The notes beneath the pieces were generated by a model. The model saw only the letters and a program-made list of their open reading frames with translations, searched no databases and was not told where the DNA came from. A DNA stretch of 64,000 nucleotides, from NCBI GenBank assembly GCA_964016885.1, contig OZ024749.1:44950001-45014000 (forward strand). The letters run 5' to 3'. Each line of letters begins with the position of its first letter. Position 1 is the first letter of the stretch. This DNA comes from Eledone cirrhosa (lineage: Eukaryota). The translations under genes were made by a program, and so were the position numbers. Positions 1 through 14,639 of this stretch are shown in pieces.

Positions 1-45
1 ATATCGTATATATATATAATTATATTTACTAAAATAACAGATTAA

Positions 46-96
46 AGTTTAAGCAAAGAATCGCTGCTTTCACCCTCAACGGGATCTTCTGAAACT
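46..96 (-). ncRNA. Type I hammerhead ribozyme motif with one core substitution
   Basis: Minus strand reads AGUUU-CAGAAGA-UCCC GUUGA GGGU-GAA-AGCA..UGCU-U|AAACU. Stem I AGUUU/AAACU is perfect and stem III is AGCA/UGCU. The sister copy at 42.3 kb has UGAAGA, so the family core is probably CUGAAGA. Confidence 0.65.
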
Positions 97-149
97 AACA
101 AAGTCAATCTGTGAACGCAGAAGTGAATATTTAAAAAAAAACGTTGCTT

Positions 150-199
150 ATATATATATATATGTGTGTGTGTGTGTATGTGTGTGTGCGTGCGTGTGT

Positions 200-278
<79 letters not shown>

Positions 279-302
279 CGTGTGTGTGTGTGTGTTTGTG
301 TG
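150..302. repeat. (TA)n/(TG)n compound microsatellite, representative of dozens in the window
   Basis: Directly visible dinucleotide runs. Confidence 0.99.
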
Positions 303-698
303 TTTATATATTCTTAGGAGATATTTAGTTGATAGAGCGACCATTTAGTTTTTGGACACATTCCCGTGCTGCCGGCATAGATATAGGATTCTTCCACGTG
401 TGGTTTGTTAATAAAATGACTAGAAATCTTAAAGGCAGCGAATCCAGCGCGATTAAATGCAACCGAAAAATCTTTAGTTGTCGAGCAATTAAAACAATTC
501 TCTAGCGTGCTCTACCAGGAAATATTTTACTTTAGAAAATAACAATAATAATATGTGTATATATAACTATAGATTAGGGAATTGTCAAATGACAACCGTT
601 TGATCGACCCACCAAAATAAACATCTTGTTGAGTCAGCCACCACTGGACGTTATAAGCTACTCTTACCTAGAACTTGGGAAACTCAATACGATATCTC

Positions 699-771
<73 letters not shown>

Positions 772-1186
772 AGTATATATATATGTATGCATGTATGTAT
801 GTAAATATGTATGTATATCTTTTTCGGGTAGTGTTTTCGATGCTCAGAAAGTGGGATAGGTCGAGTACAAGGCCTTTCTCCCCTTAAAAAACCTTCAAAG
901 CACAGGATATGTTATAGGTATTCGTGCCTGGCCGTAGCCTAAAAGTGTACCATTTTCTGTAATCTGACAAGCGATTGCAATATTCTTAGCAGAGTGTGCA
1001 TCCATCCAATATGGATCTACCCGTCATTAACTTTGTAAAAGTTATATATTGTCAGAATTTGTATTTAATACAGATTGTTTATTCCTATATTCCTATATGA
1101 ATGCAAGAGTAAATAACCCCATGTAGTTGTAAGACCTTCAGATCTATGTGTTCATTCCGTTACCTTTAGAATTAGGTAATACTTAC

Positions 1187-1447
1187 ATGGTGGCTGCCAA
1201 CTCGTTTTCGAGTATGGCCTCAACTTTATATCCATGTAGGAGAACCCCTACCGATGCACTCTGGTACAAACACTACACTTGTGACAATTATTGACACAGT
1301 GCTGGGCCCATAGTACCATGTGACAACAAGTACAGAGAGATCTCCAGATATAAAGCAATGCCTGTGCCGTGAAGCTTTTATAGTGAGCAAAGGCACTGCA
1401 CAAAGCCAGTCCCACTCTCTTAACCAAGATGATATTTACCAAAAAGA
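1187..1447 (+). mobile_element. Dispersed repeat (second copy 41616-41918), possible decayed Penelope GIY-YIG endonuclease fragment
   Basis: Closely matches 41616-41918 apart from a ~45 bp deletion. Translation includes CREAFIVSKGTAQSQSHSLNQDD, resembling the R..E..I....LN.D C-terminus of PLE GIY-YIG domains. The repeat is certain but the GIY-YIG call is tentative. Confidence 0.45.
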
Positions 1448-1475
1448 AGAACAAGTCAACATCATTGGATACCAT

Positions 1476-1542
1476 CAGGGTTGCAGGTGTTATATCAGAG
1501 TTTTCCTTCTCCTAGAATTCTGCCCTGACAAAGGCTAAGGGG
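1476..1542 (-). mobile_element. Probable RTE-clade LINE 5' UTR fragment
   Basis: Reverse complement contains tctaggagaaggaaaactctga, a motif recalled from RTE 5' regions. Confidence 0.4.
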
Positions 1543-1668
1543 TCATCTCTCATACATATATACATACATACAAACATATGTACACACACACACACACATA
1601 TATATAATTATATATTTATATATACATGCATATATATGTGTATATATATATATATGTGTGTGTGTGTA

Positions 1669-1705
<37 letters not shown>

Positions 1706-2049
1706 TGTGAGGTGTGTGTGTCTGTGTGTCTGCGTGTGTGTATGTACTTGCATAAGTGAATGCATGTTCATTGTTAAACACAGAAACCTCTTGTTAAAAA
1801 TCTCAGCTTGATTATATATAACTAGCTAGATTGAAGGTTTACGTAATGACATGATATTTCAGTTAGACTGTAGATAAATAGTGGGCATTATTGTATAAGG
1901 TAACAAGGATGAAAAATAATAGTAAGTTACATATTTTAATTAGTAACTGTATAGTGGTTGTCGAATACTTTTCAAATATTCGAAAAAACAGTAAAAATGA
2001 GTTGATCATATGCAACGTCAGAAATTCTGTTGCTTCGAAATATAGTACA

Positions 2050-2393
2050 GAAAAGGTGCTGGTACCATAGGCTGCTTGTAATATAAAGGCATACAAATTA
2101 GATGATGTTTCCTTAGCGGAATTAGAATTAGACCTGGATGGTTGGATATATTTACTCCAAGCCAATCTGGATCTGACCTTCATGCTTATTAATGTCCTGG
2201 GATACATGAGCACGAGGAAAAGTATGGGGCAGAGAGCTAACTTGGTATTAGCCGAATCAGGACAATGAAACGATACACCACCTGCTGCAATCTACAGCAA
2301 TACCATCACAATGGTGAGTGCATGTCTAAGAAATCACCACTGGTCTAAGGTAGACTTGTTGTCGCTGCTAACAGAAGAGACTTATATAAATTG
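2050..2393 (+). mobile_element. Highly decayed Tc1/mariner-like transposase C-terminal remnant
   Basis: LQANLDLTFMLINVLGYM resembles the WPPxSPDLNPxDYxVWGY motif, and downstream SACL...LVVAAN resembles the mariner C-terminus. Many stops and frameshifts. Confidence 0.3.
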
Positions 2394-2533
2394 AGGTAGA
2401 TGATAACAGATAAAGGCAATAGTCTGGTAGTATATCAGATAGTTGACTAAGTTTTGAAAAAATTACATTAATTAACTAAACATGCCCAAGTAACAACAAT
2501 AACAGAAACAAGCATTTTAAGAATATTTTCCTT

Positions 2534-2973
2534 GTTAACCAATTAGCATTTAAACCGGCCATATCCGGCCAAATGTCTCTCACCTCTCTCTGTTGAAACC
2601 AGCCCTTGCTGGCCACTCATACCAGCGATAATATATTGTCCACAAAATAAATAATATCAAAATCTTGAAGCTTCAATATTACGTGAGATAATTATGTGAG
2701 ATAAAGCCTTTACCACAAAAATGCAATAGTAAATATAGAATAATTGTTTCTACTTTTGGCACAAGGCCAGCAATTATCCCAGTGAATTAATGGTACTTTA
2801 TTTTATCAAGCCCGTAAGAATGCAAGGCAAAGTTAACGTCGGCGGGATTTGAACTCAGACCGTAAAGGTTCATAACTCTATGCTGCAAAGCATGGCGTCC
2901 GACCCTCTATCGATTGCCAATCTACAGCCATTCTATAGTAAATATAGGATAATGTAAATGTTAAAGTTTCAAT
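2534..2973. mobile_element. Decayed TTAA-type MITE-like repeat interrupted by a SINE at 2741-2929
   Basis: Left end ttaaccaattagcattta and right end taaatgttaaagtttcaa form degenerate inverted termini. Confidence 0.4.
2741..2929 (-). mobile_element. tRNA-headed SINE family 1, full length
   Basis: Matches the other copies. Flanked by atagtaaatatagRataat duplication at ~2726 and ~2935. Confidence 0.9.
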
Positions 2974-3416
2974 GCAGTTGTTAACTATGCAGGTCCTCTG
3001 ATATGGTACATACACATCCCGTGGCGCTTTTAAGGCAACGTTTCATAAACTGATGCCCTTCCTAGAATCAAATTTATTTGATATATACAGTATGGAAGGG
3101 TACAACATAACCATTCTAAAATACAGAGACAGACAGATTAGAAATAAATTATAAATAATATCAAACAACGATTGGGTAGCGAGAAAAGGCGTCAAGACGT
3201 CCTAAAATGTGCGAATGAAAATATGGATTTATTTCTTCGTGTTAAAAATATTGATTACCTCTCTATTGATTTCCTTTATTTTAGATATCGATACCTTGTT
3301 AGATTTCCAGATATTTCACTATTCAAATACCCCAAGGGGATCATCAATGTCACCGAGATTTTCAATAACACAAAATATATGCTTCACCTCGTATGACATC
3401 CATATACACGCTCAAA

Positions 3417-3536
<120 letters not shown>

Positions 3537-3587
3537 CAAACATATATATATATACAAATACACACACACATATATATAGATATATGC

Positions 3588-3770
3588 ATTTAATATAGAA
3601 TGGCTTCTACATGATTAGAACGGTTTCATCCGGGAGAAATCTCTTGATGATTTCTCCCGAATGAAACAGTTTTAGTCCTGTAGAAGCCATTTCTATATTA
3701 AATATTTATACCCTCTATGTATTGAGTAACTTAATTATTGTGGTTACCCCCGATTGAACCCGGGATAAAC
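3588..3770 (+). mobile_element. TA-embedded fold-back element with decayed HHR core (family shared with 21187-21370)
   Basis: Inverted arms 3588-3651 and 3649-3703 pivot at ttgatga-tttc..gaat-gaaac. Unique tail to 3770 matches the reverse complement of 21187-21260. Confidence 0.75.
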
Positions 3771-3790
3771 ATATATATATATAGAGATAG

Positions 3791-3882
<92 letters not shown>

Positions 3883-4351
3883 GGATATTGCAAGTTTTAA
3901 ACTAGTAAGACAAATTATGCAGCAGAGTACACGATACTTGAGAGAGTAGAGTGTAAATGTATTAGACAGTTGGTGCCCGACGGCTGAGCTTTTTCCCTTT
4001 CGGCTCAGTCTGGAATTTTGCTGCCGAAACTGCAAGAGCTCAACCGTTGCGCTGCGACTCGCTAACATATATTTCACCCAGCTGAAATTGAGTACCACCT
4101 GTAGCTGTGACTAATGCAGCAACCAACTGAGGCTCTCTACAGTTGGAGACTTGAACTCTCAGTCACTTAACGCCACGGAAACGAGGATAAGTTCCGTGTT
4201 TTGTACAGATATTTCTTTCTTATATTTTCATAAATATTGGGCTAAGGCGTCTCCGAATATATTGTTTAAAAATTGGATAAAATTATTATTGTTTTTCTTC
4301 CCCAGCTTAGCTCTATTTAGTCTAGCCTATGAGCTATATATATTCCAGCAA

Positions 4352-4432
4352 AGACATTACCTAGTCTCACATAGGCATTATGTAGGCTCACATAGACATT
4401 ACATAGGCTCAGATAGACATTTACTAGGCTCA
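4352..4432. repeat. 21-bp minisatellite, about 4 copies
   Basis: Unit approximately agacattacataggctcacat. Confidence 0.85.
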
Positions 4433-4467
4433 CGTAATTGAATGCGTTTTTTTTATTAATACGGTAG

Positions 4468-4545
4468 ATTGTGGTTTGAAGGAGATTCAGCTGCTATTTC
4501 TAGCAGATTGGTGTGATCATGTACAGGCTTTCTTTGTGACTCCAT
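4468..4545 (+). repeat. Old dispersed repeat with a gctatttctagc core
   Basis: Related motifs at ~11370, ~11590, ~24410, ~43795, ~44195 and ~59110, in both orientations. Confidence 0.55.
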
Positions 4546-5233
4546 TGACAAGATATTAAATTTTGGTGGGAATTTTCTATGTAGCTTGTGTTATAAATTT
4601 TAGTGACATATATATAGACATTTATAACTCACCCCCGCTCACTCTCTCTCTCTGTCTCTCACAAACACATACACACACAGACAGACAGACACACATTCTG
4701 GTAAACAGTTGTCCACAAAGATAGGTTACGGGACAACCAGTTGAGTGGCCGGGACTCCCTGTTCTGTTTCAGATTACCCTGCTTCACGTTTGTCATTTAA
4801 ACCTAACTAATATACAAACTCATCTATCTCCTACGATAGGTGACGTTTTTATTTTGTTGTTCTTGGTTGTGATGATGGCGGCTGAGGTGGTAGTGGTGGT
4901 GGAGGTGATGGTGTGTAGCTTCAAGGCTGTCTTGATTGAGTAAATTTATGACGAAAGTTATACCCCTGTAACTTTCCCAACTTTTTTTTTTATAAATTTG
5001 GGAGTGCATTGTCTCACGAGCCCAACCTGTTTCAAAGCGGATAAGGTGTGCTCTGAAATTTAGTTCCTATTACTATCCACCCTAACGCCTTCACAAAGGG
5101 TTCCACGCAGAAATTACAACGAGCAGGTATACTTTCAGCAAAGCATATCCAAAAGAGAAGCCTTTTTCAAATGAAAAATATAAATAATATGAAAAGATTT
5201 CGCTCCTTCTGCCCTATTTGCTGTTATTCTGGC

Positions 5234-5367
<134 letters not shown>

Positions 5368-5907
5368 TAACCGGATCTCTTTTAATATTGGTTTTAGTGG
5401 TTGCAAATATACTATGGCTGATTAAAATAAGTGAATTTCATGATTCCTATTTGATTAAAGGTCTTGTAAATCAAGGAAAGCCTGTGGCGAAAGAAATAAA
5501 GGACAGCTCCAATTTAACTCTGAACATCTACAACTACATAGATGTTAATATATATGAGAAGGTAATTTTCAGCATTAAGCAGGCGTCACAGAAATATTGG
5601 CGAAAAAATTTCATTAGCTAGTACTACTGAATTTAACCCCTCCTACGTGGAAGTCAGAATTTTCGTGTAAATTGTTGCTTTGGAAGGGGAATGGTTTGTC
5701 ATTGGACACGTATCCAATCTTAGTAAAGCTCACAACGACGAGTATCTGGCTCTACAGAAGCAAATAAAGGAGAAGGAATCAGGCCATGTGTGCCTCAAGA
5801 TGTTTGATGAAACCCGATGTGAAATCTGCTTACTTTTCCTCCCTGAAACTAATAGAATATTAAGAATAACTATATCCTCGGGAGTTCTAAGCTATGTTCA
5901 TCATATA

Positions 5908-6389
5908 TGGCAGTATCGGTAGAGAGTCGGACACCATGCTTTCCAGTATAGTTACGTCCCTTTACGGTCTGAGTTCAAATCCCGTGGGGGTTAACTTTGC
6001 CTTTCATCCTTACGGGGTCGATAAAATAAAGTACCAGTAATATACTGGTATAATTGCTGGCCTTGTGCCAAAAGTAGAAACAATTATATAAGGGTGGTGA
6101 ATTGGCAGTATCGGTAGAGGGTCGGACATGCTTTCCAGCGTAGTTACGTCCCTTTACGATCTGAGTTCAAATCCCGCCGAGGTTATATATTTTTTTTTAG
6201 GCGGTGGATTGGCAGTATCGGTAGAGGGTCGGACGCCATGCTTTGACGCATAGATTTACGGCCCTTGCCATTCTGAGTTCAAATCCCGCCGAGGCTAAAA
6301 TTGCCTTTTATCCTTACGGGGTCGATAAAATAAAGTACGAGTAACACACGGAAATTTGCTGGCCTTGTGCCAAAAGTAGATACAATTAT
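5908..6389 (+). mobile_element. Cluster of three SINE family 1 copies (5908-6087, head only 6092-6185, 6200-6389)
   Basis: A-box-like tggcagtatcgg, B-box gagttcaaatcc, body gcctttcatccttacggggtcgataaaataaagtaccag, tail ...aaagtagaaacaattat. Confidence 0.92.
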
Positions 6390-7058
6390 ATATATATCAC
6401 TTTTAGGCGGTGGATTATTTTGATGCGGGCTTGCAGCACTATTTAATACATATCTACCTATATAATCTACATTATTTTAACACCCCTGCGTTAAAATAAT
6501 GTATATATATATATATATATTGTACCACACAGAGAAAACAATATATATATATATATATATATAAAAAAAAATATATATATATACATATATGTGTATATGT
6601 ATAAGTGTGTGTGTACGTATGTTTATGTGTATGTATATATATATATATATATATATGGAAAGATGGAAATACAGATAGATAGATGTCTAATAGAAAGGGT
6701 GTTTAGGCGGGTATGTTGTTTGGTAGGACTAATAGTATGTTGGTTGTTAAATACCATGTAGTATGACAGGTAATTACACGTGGTCAGGTAAATAATCAGG
6801 TACTTTAGTATAAACATAGATAGGTGTTTATCATAACGGTTACATAACATGTAATATTAGATTGGAAATGTATGCTAAGGCTACTTGATATTTTGCTTGA
6901 TAGCTAGCTCGCCAGTACCTTGGCACACTCTAGGAAAATATGTAATGTTCTAGTCAGATAAATTGCCAGATCTCAGCTTCAAGAATAATACAGCTAGTAT
7001 ATATATATATATATATATATGTATATACACACACACATATAAATATATACATACTTGT

Positions 7059-7131
<73 letters not shown>

Positions 7132-7182
7132 TGTATTTAATAAAAAGGTTGTTAGATCTTCATTCCATTTATAGATACATAC

Positions 7183-7282
<100 letters not shown>

Positions 7283-7574
7283 CGATAGAGAGAGATAGAG
7301 AAAGTGAGAGGGTGTGTGTGTGTGTGTGGCAAGGAAATATTTATTTATATGGCAGTATATGGTTGGATTAGTGTGAAATGACTTTCCTAGTTGACTGAGC
7401 CTGAAGTAGTTATAATTTTACGTGTTGCATAAGAATCTGCTATAATAATATATGAATCAGTAAAGCCATATGTGAGGACATCTTTGTGAATTGAGTGTCA
7501 GTGAAGTTATCGTCTTTACATACGGCGTCGTATTGCAGATATGTAGAGAGAGACAAACAAGCGAGAGACAAAAA

Positions 7575-7735
7575 TGAATCGACCCTATTATTGATACTTC
7601 ATGTATCAACTTCTCAGGGACGAAATGAAAACTTGGTCGTCCTTAAAGGTACTTGAATTCAGAGCGAAGAGAATCGGAATAAAAACTGCATGCATTTTGT
7701 ATAACGTACTAATATCTCTGCCAGTGCGTCCCTTT
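7575..7735 (-). mobile_element. Degenerate SINE family 1-related copy
   Basis: Weak match across body and head (tgatacttc..tatcaac..cttgaattcagagcg..ctctgcca). Confidence 0.5.
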
Positions 7736-8899
7736 AAATTCGACATGAGGTTCATTAATTCGTATACTTGTGTTCGGTGTTATCATTGTCAACTCTTTAG
7801 TTATATATTCTAATATATCAGCACCATCTAGCAAAACACTTTCAGATGAACTCGAATATTACTTTGTAAATTAAAGGTTAGATTACTGAGAAAGCTCTTG
7901 AATAATGTAGGAGTTAACTCGTAAGTTGTGATATATTGTTGCGGGTTCGATTCCAAATTGAGATATTACACACAGGAAATATTTAATCTCCGGTATTTTC
8001 TATTCTTGGACGATCACTGCAAAAATCGTCAAATATATTTCGGCCATGACACATTATCATCATTTTTTCTGTTTTATTCTTTATTTAACTTTATTGATCT
8101 GGTTGTGAATTGTTATTCTCAGCGTTATGGGTCATCATCTACGTTGCTTCAGCGAATTCTAATGGTTATCTTTATTTTTTATCAGCTATTTTAATTTATT
8201 ATGTTTCCATAACTGTAATCGTTTACTGTTAGCACTACCATAGAACCAAAATAATATCTACCTGGTCTATACTTCCTTGCCAACCGTCACAAAAACGAAA
8301 AGATCAGTAAGGATCCACAAATTACTAATTCTCTTGATGTATTTTTGTTTCACTTAGATGAATATTTCAGATTACTGAGTTTCTGCTTTTGTTGATATTA
8401 TTCCTGCCGGAATTGCTGCTAATGATGATGATGGTGATGATACACTGTAGGTCAGCATAGATATAGTAAATACACATACGCTCAAATAATCCGAACCTTT
8501 CTATTTTCCATTGCACAGTGTTTACAGGACCTCATTATGGGTTAAATAATTACCTTATTCGAGTGGCGCCGGTAAGGTATTATCAGCCATTGAAAAGAAC
8601 CATGGAGAGTGTATTTAACAGTACTAGGGCTAGAGCCCCTAACTACATTGTCAAGGAGCAGTGAAGTCGTTATGACTCTGCTAGTTTAAGGCCACAGACA
8701 GGGCCAGTGGATGATGGATCAGCTGTCTCTGAGACAAATATTAGAGATTAAGCTAACGTCTTCATTTACTGAATCTTCAATTGAGTTCTACAGTTTTAGG
8801 CTGTTTAACTCGTAACGCTTTCATGAGGATAAAGACATCGATGGTTTCTTCAATTTCGACCCACAGTAATATTCGAACGTGTCTCATAATCTTCTTTTT

Positions 8900-9225
8900 C
8901 CTCCTCAAGCACACTCTCCAGTGGGTCCTGTCTGAAGTGGGGTCTACAATTGGTTCAACAGCCTGTTGATTTTGTCCGTAAAATCTGTCCAGCGGTTCTT
9001 TTCTTAGACATTCTAACCACCTGTTTGTAGCATCAGAGCAATGATCTCTCAATTCGGGGAAATATCGACTCTACCTGGAGTGATTCCCTGGTCTCAGAGC
9101 TACGCACTCTATTGAGTAACGTTACTTCTGAGAAAACCCCATTTTCTCCGCTCGTCTGATTGCCTTGATGATTTTAAGTATGACTTCGCATATGATGTGA
9201 GAGCGTTGTGGATAATATTTCTAAC
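8900..9225 (-). mobile_element. RTE-clade LINE ORF C-terminal fragment, decayed
   Basis: Minus translation VTLLNRVRSSETRESLQVESIFPRIERSLL*CYKQVVRM...TSDRTHWR matches the RTE C-terminal pattern (DRVRSSEIRE..IERSQLRWFGHVxRM). Confidence 0.8.
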
Positions 9226-10139
9226 AGGTAAAGAGACCACGTTGACGGAACTTCTTAGTGTGGGTGATGTAAATGTGTAGCTAGACTTTGTTTCGCAAAA
9301 GGTCAGACCCGATCAAGCAGCTATATATTATTGAACATAGTCGTTCCAGTTACGACTATCCCGTGACCAAGTTAGTGTGGCTAATTAGTCTCATAAGTAG
9401 AAACATGAGTAAGAAGCTAGGATGCTAGATAATTAAATAGGAGCGTAATCTCAGATGCAGATGGAACTATAGGTAATTGACTAGTTGATAAGTCGATATG
9501 TGCGTGTCTGAATACAATTTAATATTAATGTTTTCACGGATCTAGGTGCTTCATTTTGATGCCGCTTGATTCCAGATTCTGTAACGTTAAGCGGATGAGA
9601 GACAACTCTATTCACCTCCCATGGATAAGAAACCATGGATAAGATACCAATCGGAAGTAAGTAACTTTCCGAGTCTTAAGGTAGTTATCTTCATTGTTCG
9701 TATTTAGTGCAGAAAATGAATATGTTAGCCCGGTGTATTTTGATAGATATTTAATACATGTCGTTCTTTCACCAAAAGTCAGGTTCCATTCAACAGGTTT
9801 ATGGTCAAAACGCATTCCAGTCGGTAGCAATGTTTCTGCTTTTTAGAACTCATGATAGGTACTTTCATTTTAAAAAATCAAGTTAGCATATATTTAATTC
9901 ACTATCTTTTTTATATGTATATTATTATACACGCACAAATATCATCATCATCATCATCATATATATATATAGAGAGAGAGAGAAGTTGTTCCACAACAGC
10001 TATTACACTATTTCTGAGAATTATTTGTTTCACCTCAAAAGTACTTCTACCAAACTCGTCCCATGGACTGAGTGCTCTACTTCTGCAGATATAACCCATC
10101 AGTGTTCTACCAGTATATATATATCGACAGTCGATTGAC

Positions 10140-10585
<446 letters not shown>

Positions 10586-11109
10586 ATGTGCTTGTGTATG
10601 TATGTATGTATAGTTAGGAAAACGGAAAATATAAAGGAAAGGTGTTTAAGTCTGTGGTGAGGTGAAATAGTGTTGAAATATGTTAAACTCACTTTAAGGA
10701 GAAATTGATTGATAATTTATAAAACATAATCACTAGAATAGAGTTAGGGTATTTGTTGTAATGAGACTGTTGTTGGTAAGGAAGATTTGGTTGTGGTGAC
10801 GGTAGTTTGCAGTGGTGCTGTTGCTGGTGCTGTTACGGTAGTTGTGGCAATGGTGGTGGTAATGGTGCTGGTAGCGTTGGAAGTATGGTGTTTGTGGTAG
10901 TATTGGTTTTAATGGTGTTCGAAATTTCTTGTATTTAGAACATTTTTTTTTTGCTATATGTATCCACATTATTTTCATCATATAAGATTTTTTGTACGTT
11001 ATTGAATTCCATCTTCATTTTTATCGATTATTAAATATGTATATATATATATATATACACACACACATATATATATATATATAAGTAATTGTGTGTGTAC
11101 ATATGTACT

Positions 11110-11158
<49 letters not shown>

Positions 11159-12219
11159 GTAAGCATATGTATACGTCTATGAACGCACGCTTGTTTTTAT
11201 AGACGAGGAGGTGACTTATTTATTTTGAATTCCAATAAATAGCGAATCTCTTGGTTACAATAAACAAGAAATTTCTATGAAAAATGCTGCTCTGTGGAAA
11301 TACAATATCATTGACAACGACCAACATAACTAGAAGAACAATAATAGCAATACTACCGAGTATCCCTCTTTGCTAGAAATAACTGCTATGTCTCATTCAT
11401 ATTATATCCGATACTACTGAAATAGGATCGAAGTATTAGATAATGTCGTTTTAGTTATGTCATGCCCAAGAAAGCGAATTAATGGTCATAGAGGTTTGAA
11501 TCAGTGTGAATTCGAAATTAAATAAGAAAAATACTACGACATTAGTAATATTATCGAGCCAAAGAAGTCTCCATTCAATTACAATATTTACTAGAAATAG
11601 TAGTCAATACACCCTAGAGCTCACCATAGTGATATAAATCTGAAAGGAGATATGTATGCAACCAACATAGCCTGTATATTAACATAAGATGAGATTATCT
11701 CATTTCTAATCGCTGTGGAATAAGGCCTTACCTGATAAGAAACAATACCAACACTGTTAACAACAATAGCAATAATTTTAAGGATTCCTAACATAAACAC
11801 AAGATTACACGAAAAGATAAAATGCAAAGTCAATCACGAGGAGATTTGTACTTAGTACATTACAGTTTCAATCCTCTCGTGTCTACCATTTTTCTCAGAA
11901 ATTCGTTTGGTTGGTTTCTCAGCAGCTGATCGTCATAATGTATATATATATTTTTTTTTTTTAACTGGGGGTATTTTATTAGAATTTTAAATAGATCTTA
12001 GGCAGAAGATTTGTGTACAAATTGCATGGATAATCACAGTTAGTCAGATATTATCTACACCCTATATGCGAGTCACAATGATATATATAATTAATTAGCT
12101 GAATTCTAAACGTAGGTCTTTATGCTCGGGTATATTGAAAGCATCTTTGTATTAGTATTGGGTTTAGTCTGTCATTTTACCATTCTTCAATAATGGTTTC
12201 TAATTCAAGCAGGAATACA

Positions 12220-12500
12220 TCAATTAAATCGACCTCAGTATATAACTGGTACTTTATTTTGTCCACCTATGAATGACGAAAGGCTATGTTATGTGCGACA
12301 GGATTTGAACTCACCGACAATAACTTTATCAAATAATTATTTTGAGAGAGAAAATATTATAGTGAGATCTAATTGAGGCACAAGGAAAGTATTTATGTGG
12401 TGGGACATTTAATAAAATAAACCTGGTACTCGGAACTATCGAATCCGAAAGGATGAAAGTAAAGCCTGATTTAGGTAGGGTTTGATTTGTGAACGTAGAG
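12220..12500 (-). mobile_element. Two degenerate SINE family 1-related bodies, the second running into the satellite
   Basis: ctggtactttattttgtc..gaaaggc..ggatttgaactc at ~12246-12312 and ctggtact..tatcgaatccgaaaggatgaaagtaaag..tttga at ~12423-12490. Confidence 0.7.
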
Positions 12501-13800
12501 AGGAGAGGCAATAGTGCACGACATTGTATGGTACGGTGCTAAGAATCTGACGTAGAGGCAATAGTGCAAGACATTGTATGGTACGGTGCTAAGAATCTGA
12601 CGTAGAGGCAATAGTGCAAGACATTGTATGGTACGGTGCTAAGAATCTGACGTAGAGGCAATAGTGCAAGACATTGTATGGTACGGTGCTAAGAATCTGA
12701 CGTAGAGGCAATAGTGCAAGACATTGTATGGTACGGTGCTAATAATCTGACGTAGAGGCAATAGTGCAAGACATTGTATGGTACGGTGCTAAGAATCTGA
12801 CGTAGAGGCAATAGTGCAAGACATTGTATGGTACGGTGCTAAGAATCTGACGTAGAGGCAATAGTGCAAGACATTGTATGGTACGGTGCTAATAATCTGA
12901 CGTAGAGGCAATAGTGCAAGACATTGTATGGTACGGTGCTAATAATCTGACGTAGAGGCAATAGTGCAAGACATTGTATGGTACGGTGCTAAGAATCTGA
13001 CGTAGAGGCAATAGTGCAAGACATTGTATGGTACGGTGCTAAGAATCTGACGTAGAGGCAATAGTGCAAGACATTGTATGGTACGGTGCTAATAATCTGA
13101 CGTAGAGGCAATAGTGCAAGACATTGTATGGTACGGTGCTAAGAATCTGACGTAGAGGCAATAGTGCAAGACATTGTATGGTACGGTGCTAAGAATCTGA
13201 CGTAGAGGCAATAGTGCAAGACATTGTATGGTACGGTGCTAAGAATCTGACGTAGAGGCAATAGTGCAAGACATTGTATGGTACGGTGCTAAGAATCTGA
13301 CGTAGAGGCAATAGTGCAAGACATTGTATGGTACGGTGCTAAGAATCTGACGTAGAGGCAATAGTGCAAGACATTGTATGGTACGGTGCTAAGAATCTGA
13401 CGTAGAGGCAATAGTGCAAGACATTGTATGGTACGGTGCTAATAATCTGACGTAGAGGCAATAGTGCAAGACATTGTATGGTACGGTGCTAAGAATCTGA
13501 CGTAGAGGCAATAGTGCAAGACATTGTATGGTACGGTGCTAAGAATCTGACGTAGAGGCAATAGTGCAAGACATTGTATGGTACGGTGCTAAGAATCTGA
13601 CGTAGAGGCAATAGTGCAAGACATTGTATGGTACGGTGCTAATAATCTGACGTAGAGGCAATAGTGCAAGACATTGTATGGTACGGTGCTAAGAATCTGA
13701 CGTAGAGGCAATAGTGCAAGACATTGTATGGTACGGTGCTAAGAATCTGACGTAGAGGCAATAGTGCAAGACATTGTATGGTACGGTGCTAAGAATCTGA
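12494..13800. repeat. 50-bp tandem satellite, about 26 copies
   Basis: Unit cgtagaggcaatagtgcaagacattgtatggtacggtgctaaKaatctga. 25 exact-length units at 12551-13800 plus a variant first unit. One G/T polymorphism (T in 6 units). Confidence 0.99.
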
Positions 13801-13828
13801 AAGCACCCACCATGAAACCACCTCTATC

Positions 13829-13965
13829 ATAATTGTTTCTACCTTTGGCACAATACCAGCAATTATCTAGTTCATTACTGGTACTTTATTTTATCGACCC
13901 CGTAAGGATGAAAGGCAAAGTTAACCTCTGCGGGATTTGAACTCAGAATGGCAGAGGCCGTAACA
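13829..13965 (-). mobile_element. SINE family 1, 5'-truncated
   Basis: Tail, body and B-box present, A-box absent. Confidence 0.88.
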
Positions 13966-14498
13966 ACTATCATAATGTCAGGAAGAACTACTCGATAAAA
14001 CCGAGCTCAATTGTTGATTGATGTTAATTTCATCGAATCAAAGGTGAGCTCGTGGAGATTTGAGCTTAGAATATAAATGTCCATTACTCATGGCGCTAAC
14101 TTATAAACGGCGAATCCTAAATCTTACAGGTAATGCAGCCATATTTGAGCTTAATTCTGTTTATATTCTTGTTTGAGCGTGTCACTCTCTGAACCGACAT
14201 GTTAAGACGATGGACCACTATCTACCTGTCAAAGCGTCTGTTTATCTCTCAACGTCTCTCTCACGTCTCTCTCTCTCTCTCTCTCCCTCTCTCTCACACT
14301 CTCACTCTATCACTCTCACTCTCAATCTCTCTCTCCTACCCCCTCTCTTAATATATCTATCTTCCTTTTTGTATACATATAGAATTATAATTACATGGGT
14401 ATACTTACACACGGACAACTACACATTAATGTATATGTAGATATATATATATACATATAAATTTAAAGCCCCCCCCCCATATAAACTAAACTATAGAT

Positions 14499-14546
<48 letters not shown>

Positions 14547-14551
14547 GTGTG

Positions 14552-14584
<33 letters not shown>

Positions 14585-14639
14585 GTGTATATATATATTT
14601 AAAGGTTAAACAAGGTTCAATGAATTTCTATTTTATCTG

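Noticed and set aside
5908-6300. tRNA genes
   Set aside because: A and B boxes belong to SINE heads that continue into a shared body and tail. No cloverleaf is evident.
11190-11268. Hairpin with HHR-like outline
   Set aside because: Both core segments are corrupted (UAGACGA, no GAAA), so it cannot be separated from chance.
12494-13800. CRISPR-like array
   Set aside because: Units are contiguous and near-identical with no unique spacers, there are no cas genes, and the context is eukaryotic.
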